In this document: positions 46,997 to 58,700 of the stretch, in pieces
Layout of the letters: each line of letters starts with the position of its first letter
How positions within the stretch are numbered: the first letter of the stretch is position 1
Assembly: GCA_965205465.1 (NCBI GenBank)
Contig: OZ242187.1
Span: 1,588,771-1,652,770 of the forward strand
Source: Candidatus Aldehydirespiratoraceae bacterium
GTDB lineage: Bacteria; Actinomycetota; Acidimicrobiia; Acidimicrobiales; Aldehydirespiratoraceae
DNA length: 64,000 nucleotides
Reading direction: 5' to 3'
Notes under the pieces: model-generated
The model's database searches: none
The model's input: the letters and a program-made list of their open reading frames with translations, nothing else
What the model was told of the DNA's origin: nothing
Program-made: the position numbers and the translations under genes

Positions 46997-49387
46997 TCAG
47001 TCGATGTAGGTGCAGAGGGTTGCGCTGCCCAAGTCGATGACCGACAGGTCGAACGTGCCCGACTCGAACGGGAACCGGTTGGTCACCGCGATGTAATAGG
47101 TGCCGCCTTGGCGGGGCCGCAGCGTGACCGTCGACTCGGGATAGCCCAGATAGCCCTTGTCCTGGGTGCCCTCGACGTAGTTCCCGTCGGCGTCGTAGAG
47201 GCCCTGGATGAACGGATGGGCCAGCGTGAGCGGCTCGGTCGGCGCGTACTGCGCGGGGAAGTCCCCGTCCAGGTGGCGCTGCCACGTCGTCGCGCCCCGC
47301 ACGTCGATCTGATAGCACGAGCCCCTCGGCAGGGTCACCCGGTACCAGTCCACATCGCGGCGGGCATTGATGCGGTACTCGATGCGGCCGTTGACCGCAG
47401 TGCGGCCGTGATACCACGACTCCCCAACCGCCACCGACTCCTCAGTGTCGACCGTCTGACCCACATAATCGGCGTCCTCGGGAAGCTCATCGTCGTCCGC
47501 GACGAAGCCCGACCCGAACGGGTCAAAGCCCAGCGCGTGAGCGTCGCTGGCGCCGAACAGCCGCAAGCCCACCGTCTCAGCGTTCGAGCCTTCGAAGTCG
47601 CCGTCGTCGATGACCGGCACCAGCACGAACGCCGACGTCTCACCCATAGGGATCGTCGCCGTCCCGGACACCGCCGTGTAGTCCGCGCCTGCCCGAGCGG
47701 TGCCGTCCACCGTCTCATATTGGACCGTGAAGTCATAGATCATGACATTGCTCAGCTCCAGCTCGAACACCACATTGGCGAAGTCCTGCCCCGCGACCGG
47801 GCTCGTGCCGTGGTTCTGGCCGCCCTCGGTGCCCGTGCCGCCCCGCACCGACAAACGCGGCGCAGGATCGTTGTCCTCGATCACGATCTGCATCGAACCC
47901 GCATTCGGGTCCACCCTGATGTCGCTTCCCACCGCAACCATCGCAATGTCAATCGTCTCGTCACGCTCATAAATAAGGTCGTCGAGGATCGACACGCTCA
48001 ACCGCACCAGGGAGCTGCCAGAGCCGAACGTGACCCTGTTAGGCAACGCGATATAATCCACGCCGCTCTCAGCCGTCCCCGACGTCACCAGCCTCACGTT
48101 CAGAGACCGGTCAGCCACATGACTCAGCTCGATCGCCACCACATGCGAAAGCGTCCCCCCATCCTCGCTCGCAATACGTCCCGACGCCAACATCGACGCT
48201 GTCGGCACCTGCTCGTCATTGAGAATCGTGCCCTTCGCGACGCCGTCGAGAATCGTCGCGTTTGTCGGGTTGCTGATCGTCACCGTGAACGTCTCGTCAT
48301 CCTCAAACACAGAATCGTCAATGGTATTCACACGAAGAAATATCCGGGTACTGCCAGAACTCAGCCCGCCGGACAAGCCGACGACACGGTCCACATCCTG
48401 TCCTAGGATCGCCGTGTCGCCCGACTCGACGTTCACGCCCCAACCGAAACTCACCACACGCTCCGACGGGCCGCTCAACGTCACCTCGAAGTCCAAAAAC
48501 TCGTCGCGCTCGTCGGCGGAGGCGTCCGCGATGCTGATCGTCGGCTCGGACTCGTCATCGAGGATCGTGGTCTTCACGGTGGCATCCACAATCGTCGCGT
48601 TCACCACATTGCTGATCGTCACCGTCACCGTCTCGTCGCCCTCGTACACATCATCGTCCATGACCGTGGAGGAAAAAAATACCGATTCGTACGGAAGGTT
48701 AGGGTTGACGGCGGCGGGAACTGTGACAGCGCGGTCGGTGACGGCTTCGAAGTCGTCCGCTTCTGCTGTGTCGTCGGATTCGATGCTGGTGCTCCAAGTG
48801 AAGGTCACATCGTGGAGCGGCACCGGCTCCAATATCACCTCGAACCCAAGACGCTCGTCACCTTCGTTACTGAGGACGCCCTCCAAGCGCAGCTCGGGCA
48901 GCGGGTTCTGGTGGCCTCGGGCGTGCTCCAGCGGTTCCTCAGGCACCGGCGCGGCGATCGACTGCGGCACCGGCAGATCCTGCGCCGGAGCCGTGTGGGC
49001 CGCGGCGGCGCCCGACACGACATCGCTCCAACGCGACCCCGAACCCCCGAACCGCGCCCGCACCCTCACCTCATAGACCCCACCGGGCACCAAACCCGAA
49101 ATCACATGCTCAGCACCAGACCGGAACGCGTTCCACTCAACGTCGGCGGCACGGCGGAACCGCTCGCCCGCAGGCCTCCACGACACCCGATAATTCACAG
49201 GACCCGCGTCATGGACATCCCACGTGACGCTCAGCTCACCGGCACCAGGCCCCGAAACGACCTCCACACCCGACACCGCGACCCGCTGCGGCGGAGGACT
49301 CCCGGACGCGAACGCCGAAGCCCCCACGGCGACAACGGAAACAACAGAAACAACCAACACCACCACCAAACGCCGACTCGACCGCAC
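46997..49387 (-). CDS. Secreted FN3 + Calx-beta repeat protein, paralog 2
   Basis: Same architecture as 42977-45355; near-identical ends, divergent first Calx-beta domain. Confidence 0.87.
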   Translation of the reverse strand: MRSSRRLVVVLVVSVVSVVAVGASAFASGSPPPQRVAVSGVEVVSGPGAGELSVTWDVHDAGPVNYRVSWRPAGERFRRAADVEWNAFRSGAEHVISGLVPGGVYEVRVRARFGGSGSRWSDVVSGAAAAHTAPAQDLPVPQSIAAPVPEEPLEHARGHQNPLPELRLEGVLSNEGDERLGFEVILEPVPLHDVTFTWSTSIESDDTAEADDFEAVTDRAVTVPAAVNPNLPYESVFFSSTVMDDDVYEGDETVTVTISNVVNATIVDATVKTTILDDESEPTISIADASADERDEFLDFEVTLSGPSERVVSFGWGVNVESGDTAILGQDVDRVVGLSGGLSSGSTRIFLRVNTIDDSVFEDDETFTVTISNPTNATILDGVAKGTILNDEQVPTASMLASGRIASEDGGTLSHVVAIELSHVADRSLNVRLVTSGTAESGVDYIALPNRVTFGSGSSLVRLSVSILDDLIYERDETIDIAMVAVGSDIRVDPNAGSMQIVIEDNDPAPRLSVRGGTGTEGGQNHGTSPVAGQDFANVVFELELSNVMIYDFTVQYETVDGTARAGADYTAVSGTATIPMGETSAFVLVPVIDDGDFEGSNAETVGLRLFGASDAHALGFDPFGSGFVADDDELPEDADYVGQTVDTEESVAVGESWYHGRTAVNGRIEYRINARRDVDWYRVTLPRGSCYQIDVRGATTWQRHLDGDFPAQYAPTEPLTLAHPFIQGLYDADGNYVEGTQDKGYLGYPESTVTLRPRQGGTYYIAVTNRFPFESGTFDLSVIDLGSATLCTYID

Positions 49388-49619
49388 CTGGACACCCCCT
49401 CGTAGGCTAAGCAGGCGCCGTCGTCGAACGCCGCCTGCATGAAGTTGCAAAGACTCCACAATCGTAGCAACGACTATTCGACTACCCAACCGACCGCCCG
49501 CTCAGAGTCGAGCCCAGCACCTCGGCCACCGGCGCCAAAACCGCATCCCCGCCCCGTCAGCGACATGTCTCCCACATGAAACCCAAGCTCCGAACCACCA
49601 CAGCGTCCAGCCCTCCAGA

Positions 49620-49760
49620 TAAGCATCAACAACTTGATCAAACGCGTCGCCTTCGGGTTCACCAACTTCGCCAACTACCGGATCCGAGCCCTGCTGTATG
49701 CCGGAAAACCCAACTGGGCCCTCCTCGACACACTCACTCCACCCTGATTCGCGAAGCGCC
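49620..49760 (+). mobile_element. ISL3-family remnant
   Basis: INNLIKRVAFGFTNFANYRIRALLYAGKPNWALL* then IR-like CGAAGCGCC. Confidence 0.75.
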
Positions 49761-49777
49761 GGATTCTCTTGTGAGGC

Positions 49778-52700
49778 CTACTGGCTGGGTGGCCCGGGCA
49801 CGGTGACTTCCCACTCGTTGGACAAGGGCCTGAGGTCGCCGGTGCAGATGGCGCCCGTCGCGGTGCAGTCCGTGGTGACAGGCAGCGCGATGGTTACTGC
49901 CTCGCCCGTGTCGGGTGTGACGTGGATCTCCCAGCCGATGTTGCTGGGCGGGGCCAGTCGCCGCGCCTTGGTTACCCTGCCTCCGGTGACGGTGAAGGCG
50001 TGGTCCCTGAGGGTCTTGTAGCTGATTTCCACCTCGTCGCTGAAGCGGATCTCGAAGATGAAGTCGCCGTTGTGGGATTCGGGCACCGCTGAGACGGTGG
50101 CGGTTATTTGGTCCGCTGCTGGGGTGTTGTTGCTCACATTCTGTTCTCTGAAGGGGCCCGCTGCGTTGCCCGCGGAGTCCTGTAATCTGGTCGCCGACTG
50201 GTCTGTGGGAGCGGTGTATTGCACTGTCACTGCGTCACCGGAGAACACTGATGTCACCAGGGTGATGGTCACCACGCTGCCCGATACCGTTATGGCGTGC
50301 ACATCGCGGCTGCTGTGTTGCACAGTTACGGCGAAAGCGGACTTGTCTGGTGTCTTGTCGCTGTCTAGTGCTTCGTTGAAGGTCACGGTGAGCCTAGCCC
50401 CGTCCACTGCGGCCGACGAAAACATCGGAGGGGTGGTCTCGCTGGGTGTGGCGGTGGCCTCTTTGGAGGGGGCGCTGTGGGCGTGCCCGTTGGATGCGAC
50501 GACGCGGAAAGCGTATTCCACCCCGTCGGTCAGCCCGGTGACGATGTGGTCTGTGTCGGTGACCGGCGCCTCTGAGACGTCTTGTTGGTCTGTCCAGTGG
50601 GCATTGGACTGCTTCCATTGGATGGTGTACCCGGTGGGAGGCGGGCCTGAATCGGGGGCGTCCCAGGACACCTTGAGTTGGCCGTTCTCGTCACGCGCCA
50701 CCTGCAGGTTGCGGGGGGCGCCGAGGTCCGTCACATTCGTGACCGTCACCGTGAGGTCCAACCTTGCCGTGTTGAACTGGTCATCGCTGGCTTCGATGGT
50801 CACGAGATAGACGTTGTCACGCCCGGAATCTGTTGGACGCTCGTAATCGGGCGGGTTGTTGAAGGCAAGAGCCCCCGTCTCGCTGATGGAGAAGGCGCTG
50901 CTGTCAGTTCCCGATAGTCCCCAGGTGACGTCGCCGGCCTCGGGGTCTGTGGCCCGGTAGGTGTAGATGGCAGAGGTGCCGTTCTCCTGGTAGGCGAAAG
51001 AGTCCTGGCTGCCGCTGCGGAACTCCGGCGCCTCGTCCACAGCCTCGACGGTCACGGTCACGCTCAGCGTCCCGTACACCCGGCCGTCGGAAGCCCGGAC
51101 GGTGACCTCGTATTCGTTGTCCCGGTTGGAGTCGGCGGGACGCTCAAAGTCGGGTGGGTTGCGGAAGTTGAGTTCGCCGGCCTCGTTGATGGTGAAATCG
51201 CCGCCGTCGCGGCCGGTGACGCTCCAGCGGGTGATTTCCAGGTCCGGGTTCTCGGGATCGCGGGCCGTGTAGGTGGCCAGAATATCGTCAAAGTTCTCCG
51301 AGACCGTACGGGACTCCCTGCCGGTGAGTTCTGGCCCTTCGTTAGCGTCGGTGACAGTTACTGTTATCGCCATGTTGGCGGCGTGGCCCGTTTGATCGGT
51401 AGCAACGACCGTCACTTCATACTCGTTGTCCTCGTTGTTGTCTGCGGGTTCATCGAAGTCCGGCGGTTCCCTGAAAGTCAGAACACCGCCATCCTCGATG
51501 ATCTCAAAGTCGCCGGCGTCGTCACCACTCAGAGACCAGGCGACGACGGCGCCCTCAGGGTCGGTGGCCCGGTAGGTGTAGAGGGCGGAGGTTCTGTTTT
51601 CGGGGTAAGTGAACGAGGTCCTGCTGCTCCGCTGGAACTCGGGGGCCTCGTCTACTGGCTCCACCGCAATAGATATGTCATAGGTGCCGTACACCCGGCC
51701 GTCGGAAGCCCGGACGGTGACCTCGTATTCGTTGTCGCGGTCAGAGTCGGCGGGACCCTCAAAGTCGGGTGGGTTGCGGAAGCTGAGTTCGCCGTTTTCG
51801 CTAATGGTGAAGTCGCCGCCATCGCGGCCGCTGACGCTCCAGCGGGTTATGTCGGCGCTCGTGTCCTCTGGATCGGTGCCGGAATAGGTTGCAACAACTG
51901 CCTCATGATTCTCGTTTACTGTGAGCGTGTCCCTGCCCGAAATCTCGGGCCCCTCGTTGACTTCGGTGATGGTGACGGTCACGTCCAGGGTGCCCTCGTT
52001 CGACCCGTCTGAGGCTACGACAGCAAGTTCATACACGTTGTCGGAGTTCGAGTCGGCGGGATGTTCATAGTTGGGGTTGCTGTTGAAAGACAACGCACCC
52101 TCTTCGCTGATTGTGAAATCGTCGCCGTCTGTGCCGCTCACCGACCAGGTGATTGTTGCTCCCCGGTCCATGTCTGTGGCGCTGTAGGTGTAGAGGGTGG
52201 ACGTGGTGTTCTCGCGGACGGACAGGCTGTCTCGGCCCGAGACCACCGGATTGTGCTCGTTTTGGTCCGTGACTGTCACCGTCACGTCGCGCGACCCGTA
52301 GTAGTGGCCGTCGGAGACCCGGACGGTCACCAGATACTCGTTGTCACGGTTGGAGTCGGCCGGGCGATCGTAGTCGGGCGTGTTGCGGAAGGTCAGCTGC
52401 GCCGAGTTTTGACCGGTTTCGGTGATGGTGAAGTCCCCGGCGTCGGATCCGGCCAGCGTCCAGCTGCTTACGGCAGCGGCCGGTTCCTCGGGGTCCCGGG
52501 CGGTGAAGGTCGCGCCGACGAGGTCCTCGCCTTCGATAATGGAGTAGGTAGTGATGCCGGTGATTTCGGGGCCTTCGTTCACTTCGGTGACTGTGACCGT
52601 CACCGCCAGGCTGGCGGTCAGCGCCCCGCTGTCGGTTGCGACCACGTTCAGCTCGTACTCGTTGTCGGCTCCCGAATCCTGGGGGTTCTCGTAGTCGGGT

Positions 52701-55700
52701 GCCTCGGTGAACATCAGCCCGTCGCGGTCGTTGAATTCAAAGAGGTTCCCGTCTGGCCCTGCGGTACTCCAGACAATCACGTCGTCCTTGTCGCCATCGG
52801 TGGCGCTGTAGGTGTACACGGCCGACGTCGCTTCCTCTCGGTAGGTGAAGGAGGTGCGGCTGCCGCTGCGGATGACCGGGGCGTGCTCGTTCTGGTTGCG
52901 CACCGAAATGGTGACATCCAGGTTGCCGTAGGTGCGTCCGTCGTAAGCGCGCACGGTGAGGTGGTACTCGTTGTCGCGGTTGGAGTCAGCGGGGCGGTCG
53001 TAGTCGGGGGTGCTGCGGAAGGTGAGGTCCCCATTCTCGTTGATGGTGAAGTCATTGGCGTCGCTGCCAGCCAGAGACCAACGGGTGATGTCCTCGCCCT
53101 CGGGATCGACGGCGGAGTAGGCGGCCACAATGATGGTTGGGTCTCGATTCTCCTCAACGGAAATGGCATTCTGGCCTGTCACCATCGCGCCCTCGTTCTG
53201 GTCGGTGACGGTTACCGTCACCGGCAGTTCGCCGGTGTTGGCCTGGTCGTCGCGGGCCTGCACCGTCACCAGGTATTCGTTGGGTTCAGTCCCCGAACCG
53301 CGGGGGCTGTCAAAGTCGGGCGGCGCGGCAAAGGTGAGCACGCCCTGCTCGCTGATCTCGAAATCGCCGGCGTCGTCACCGCCCAGAGACCAGGTGAAGC
53401 TATCCCCCTCGGGGTCAGTCGCCCGGTAGGTGTAGAGACGTGTGGTGACTGGGGTGTTCTCCCTCGAAGTCAGGCTGTCGCGCCCGGTGACGGCTGGGGG
53501 TTCGTTGACCGGCGTCACCGTGACCACAACGTCGAAGTCGCCGTAGTTGCGGCCGTCGTAGGCGCGCACGGTCACCTCGTACACGTTGTCGCGATTCGCA
53601 TCAGCGGGACGCTCATAGTCCGGCGGTGTGCGGAAGGTCAGCACCCCCGTCTCTCTGTCGATGGCGAAGTCGCCGCCGTCGCGGCCCGAAATGCGCCAGC
53701 TGATGTTGGTGGTCACGCCGCCGGTCGCCTCGGGGTCCTCGGCTGTGTAGGTGGCGTTGGGCAAGTCCTGGTTCTCGTCGATGGTGAAGGTGGCAGTGCC
53801 CGATACCACCGGCGCTTCGTTCAATTCGGTGACGGTCACCACGACTTCCAGCGTGCCTCTCAGGCCCTGCTCGTCGGTGGCCACCACCTCCAGCTCATAA
53901 ACATTGTCCCGACCCGTGTCCCGGGGATTCTCAAAGTCCGGTTCCGCCCTGAAGCTCAAAGCTCCCCGGTCGCTCATCTCAAACAGCTGCCCGTCATCGC
54001 CGCCCGTTGACCACGCGATGGTGTCGTTGAGGTCCGCGTCGCTGGCCCGGTAAGTATAGATGGCCGATGCCGTGTTCTCCCTGACGGCATGGGAGGTCCT
54101 GCCCGTAACCGCCGGCGCACTCTCGTTGACGCTGGTGACGGTGACCGTCACGTTCAAGTTGCCGTAGGCGCGGCTGTCGTGGGCCCGAATCGTGACCTCG
54201 TAGATGTTGTCGCGGTCCGAATCGGCGGGACGGTCATAGTCCGGCGTGTTGCGAAAGGCGAGCGCACCGCTGACTCTATCTATGACAAAGTCGCCGCCGT
54301 CGCGCCCGGATACAGACCACTGGGGAAAGACAGGGCGACTGTCCTTGGCATCAGTGGCCGTATAGGACTCCAGCTCCTGGGCAATGTCGTAGTTCTCGGT
54401 AACGGTGAAGGAGATCCTGCCCGCGATCACCGGCCCCTCGGGCTGGTCCGTGACGGTGATGACGGCGTCAACGATGTCCCGCAGGCCCCCTTGATCGGCG
54501 GCTACTACCGTGATCTCGTACACATTGTCCCCGTCGGCGTCCACCGGGATTTCAAAGTCCGCCAACAGGCGCAAGGTGAGGATGCCGTTGTGGATGGCAA
54601 AGTCCTCCCCGTCTGTGCCCTGTACCGACCACATGATTGTGTCGTCATTGTCCTGGTCCGTGGCCCGGTAGGTGTACAGAATAGAGGTGGAGTTCTCCCT
54701 CAGGGTGAACTCGGTCCTGCTCTTTGTGGTGATAACCGGCGCCTCGTTCACCTCCGTAACCGTCACTATCAGCGGTTCTTCCAGCGTGCCGTAGGACCTG
54801 CCGTCTGAGGCACGCACCGTCACCTCGTAGATGTTGTCCCGGTTGGAGTCGGCCGGCCGCTCGTAGTCAGGCGAGGACCGGAACCGCAATTCGCCCAGCT
54901 CGCTGATGACGAAGTCGCCGCCGTCGCGGCCCGAAGTGCTCCACCGAAAAATGCCGGCGTTGGGATTTTCCGGGTCGGTGGCCGTGTAATCGGCCAGCAC
55001 TCCGGTGTCGGGATGGTTCTCGGGAACGCTGCTGGTTGCGGCGCCCTCCAGTCGTATCTCCGGGCCTTCGTTTACGTCAGTGACGGCGACGGTGAAGGTC
55101 AGGCTGTCCGAATTGCTGTGTTCATCGGCGGCCACGACCTCCAGTTCGTATTCGTTGTCCCGATCAGAATCGGTGGGATTCTCAAAGTCTGGTGGGCTCC
55201 TGAACATCAGGGTGCCGGTGTCGGTGAAGGTGAATGCTCCCGCGTCGGTGCCGCGCAGCGACCAGGCAATGAGATCCCGCTGCGGGTCGCTGGCACGGAA
55301 CGTATAGACCGCCGACGTGGCGTTCTCGCGGAAAGCCGACGGCGGACGCCGGGTGCTGATGGTGGGTTCCACCCCTTCGTTGTGGTCAGTGACGGCGACG
55401 GTGAAGGTCAGGCTGTCTGAATTGCCGTGTTCATCGGCGGCCACGACCTCCAGTTCGTATTCGTTGTCCCGGTTGTTATCGGTGGGATTCTCAAAGTCTG
55501 GTGGGCTCCTGAACATCAGGGTGCCGGTGTCGGTCAAGGTGAATGCTCCCGCGTCGGTGCCGCGCAGCGACCAAGCAATGAGATCCCGCTGCGGGTCGCT
55601 GGCACGGAACGTATAGACCGCCGACGTGACGTTCTCGCGGAAAGCCGACGGCGGACGCCGGGTGCTGATGGTGGGCTCCACCCCTTCGTTGTGGTCACCG

Positions 55701-58700
55701 ACAGTCACGACAACGTCCACGCTGGCGATGTTGAACTCCGGGTCTCTGGCCTGGACGGTCACGTTGTACACATTGTCGCGGCCGGCATCGGCAGGATCCT
55801 CAAAGTCCGGCGGATCGCTGAAGGACAGGGCGCCGCGTTCATCGATGGTGAAGGCGCTCCCGTCTGTTCCTGCCGCTGTCCACGCAACCGCACCGCCCTC
55901 CGGGTCGGTGGCCCTGAAGGTGTACAGGTTGGAGGCCCTGTTCTCCTGCTGGATGAAGGCGGTCCTGCTCGTGGTGGTGATGGTCGGCGGTTCGTTGACG
56001 TCGGTCACCGTCACCGTCTGGACTTCCTCCAGGGACCCCGTGTACCTACCGTCCGATGCCCGTACCGTCAACTCGTACACGTTGTCACGGTTCGCGTCGG
56101 CTGGCCGCTCATAGTCCGGCGGGATCCGGAATCGCAGTTCGCCCACAGCATCGATGACGAAGTCGCCGCCGTCGGTGCCCGAGGTGCTCCACCCGGTCAC
56201 CCGCACCGACGGTCGCTCCGGGTCCGAGGCCGCATAAGTGGCCAGCACCTGAGTCGTGGGATGGTTCTCCGACACGCTGCCCGCGGCGTTGCCTCGACGG
56301 GTAATCACCGGCCCCTCGTTGACCTCGGTAACTGTGACCGTCACCGCCAAGCTGGCGGTATTGAACTCCGGGTCCCTGGCCTGGATTGTCACATTGTAGA
56401 TGTTGTCCCCGCCCACATCTGCGGGAGTGTCAAAGTCAGGCGGACTGCTCTCATCGAACGAGAACTGGCCCCGCTCATCAATGGTGAACAAGCGCCCGTC
56501 CGCTCCTTGCACCGACCACGTAACGGTGCTGCGCTCCGGGTCGGTAGCGCTGTAGGTGTACAGGCGCGAGGTGCGGTTCTCCGGCTGGGTGAAAGAGTCC
56601 CTGCTGCGAGACCCGATCTCCGGCGGCTCGTTGACATCGGTGACCGTGACCGTCACGTCAAAGGAACCGTAGACGCGCCCGTCATAGGCCCTCACCGCGA
56701 CCTCGTAAACATTGTCCCGGTTGGAGTCCGCGGGTCGTTCGTAATCCGGCAGATTCCGAAAGTACACGGTGCCGCCCTGGGTGATGTTGAAGTCGCCGCC
56801 GTCCCTGCCGCCCACTGTCCAGCGGGTCACGGCGCCTCCCTCGGGATCAAAGCCCGTATACACAGCGTTAGACAGGCCATCGTTCTCGGCAATGGTGAAA
56901 GTGGACTGCCCCGATATCTCAGGCCCCTCGTTCACGTCGGTGACGGTGACGGTGACCGACAGCGAAGCGGTGTTGAAGGCGTCGTCACGCGCCACCACCG
57001 CGACCTCATAGACGTTGTCTGCGCCCGAGTCGGCGGGGCTCTCATAGTCGGGGGGGCTCGCGAAGCTGAGCACTCCGGTCTCGCTGACGGCGAAATCGCC
57101 GCCGTCGGGACCCGACAGCGACCAGGTGATCTCGCGTTTCTCGGGGTCGGTGGCCCGGAAGGTGTGCACAGCCGACGTCCCGTTCTCGCGGTAGGTGAAC
57201 GTGGTGGTGCCCGTCACCACAGGAGCCTCATTCACATCGGTGACGGTGACAGCCACCTCCAGATATCCGTAATACCTGCCATCAGAAGCCCGCACCGAAA
57301 AGTTGTAGACGTTGTCACGCCCCGAATCAGCCGGCCGCTCATAATCCGGCACGCTGCGAAACGACAACTCGCCGCTCTCGCTGATCGCGAAGTCGCCGGC
57401 GTCGGTGCCCGACAGCGACCAGCGACTAATCAGCGCACCCGGATCCTCAGGATCGGTCGCACTGTAGGAGGCCAGGACCCGGTCCGTGACCTGGTTCTCG
57501 ACAAAGGACAGGCTCTGCTGCCCCGATATCTCAGGCCCCTCGTTCACGTCGGTGACCGTGACGGTGACCGACAGCGAAGCGCTGTTGAAGGCGTCGTCGC
57601 GCGCCACCACCGCGACCTCATAGACGTTGTCTGCGCCCGAGTCGGCGGGACTCTCATAATCGGGGGGGCTCGCGAAGCTGAGCACTCCCGCCTCGCTGAC
57701 AGCGAAAACGCCGCCGTCGGGACCCGACAGCGACCAGGTGATCTCGCGTCTCTCGGAGTCCGTGGCCCGGAAGGTGTGCACAGCGGCGGTGCCGTTCTCG
57801 CGGTAGGTGAACGTGGTGGTGCCCGTGACCGCCGGAGCCTCATTCACATCGGTGACGGTGACAGCCACCTCCAGATATCCGTAATACCTGCCATCAGAAG
57901 CCCGCACCGAAAAGTTGTAGACGTTGTCACGCCCCGAATCAGCCGGCCGCTCATAATCCGGCACGCTGCGAAACGACAACTCGCCGCTCTCGCTGATCGC
58001 GAAGTCGCCGGCGTCGGTGCCCGACAGCGACCAGCGAGTAATCAGCGCACCCGGATCCTCAGGATCGGTCGCACTGTAGGAGGCCAGGACCCGGTCCGTG
58101 ACCTGGTTCTCGACAAAGGACAGGCTCTGCTGCCCCGATATCTCAGGCCCCTCGTTCACGTCGGTGACGGTGACGGTGACCGACAGCGAAGCGCTGTTGA
58201 AGGCGTCGTCACGCGCCACCACCGTGACCTCATAGACGTTGTCTGCGCCCGAGTCGGCGGGACTCTCATAATCGGGGGGGCTCGCGAAGCTGAGCGCGCC
58301 CGTCTCGCTGACAGCGAAATCGCCGCCGTCGGGACCCGACACCGACCAGGTGATCTCGCGTCTCTCGGGGTCGGTGGCCCGGAAGGTGTGCAGAGCCGAC
58401 GTCCCGTTCTCGCGGTAGGTGAACGTGGTGGTGCCCGTCACCACAGGAGCCTCATTCACATCGGTGACGGTGAAGATCCAGGGGCGGGCTTGCTTGATGG
58501 CGAGGATATCCTCGGCGGTGATCTTGAACTCGATCTCGATGGCGAACGGCTCGCCGGCCGCCGGACGGTACAGCGCCTCGAAGTGGTCGTGGATGGTGGT
58601 GAGATGCTGCGTGAGCTGCGTGATCTGCGAGTCGCTCATGAGCAGTTCATTGGGGACTACCTGATTGGAGGTGGACAGCACGACGTAGCCGCCGTCGGGA

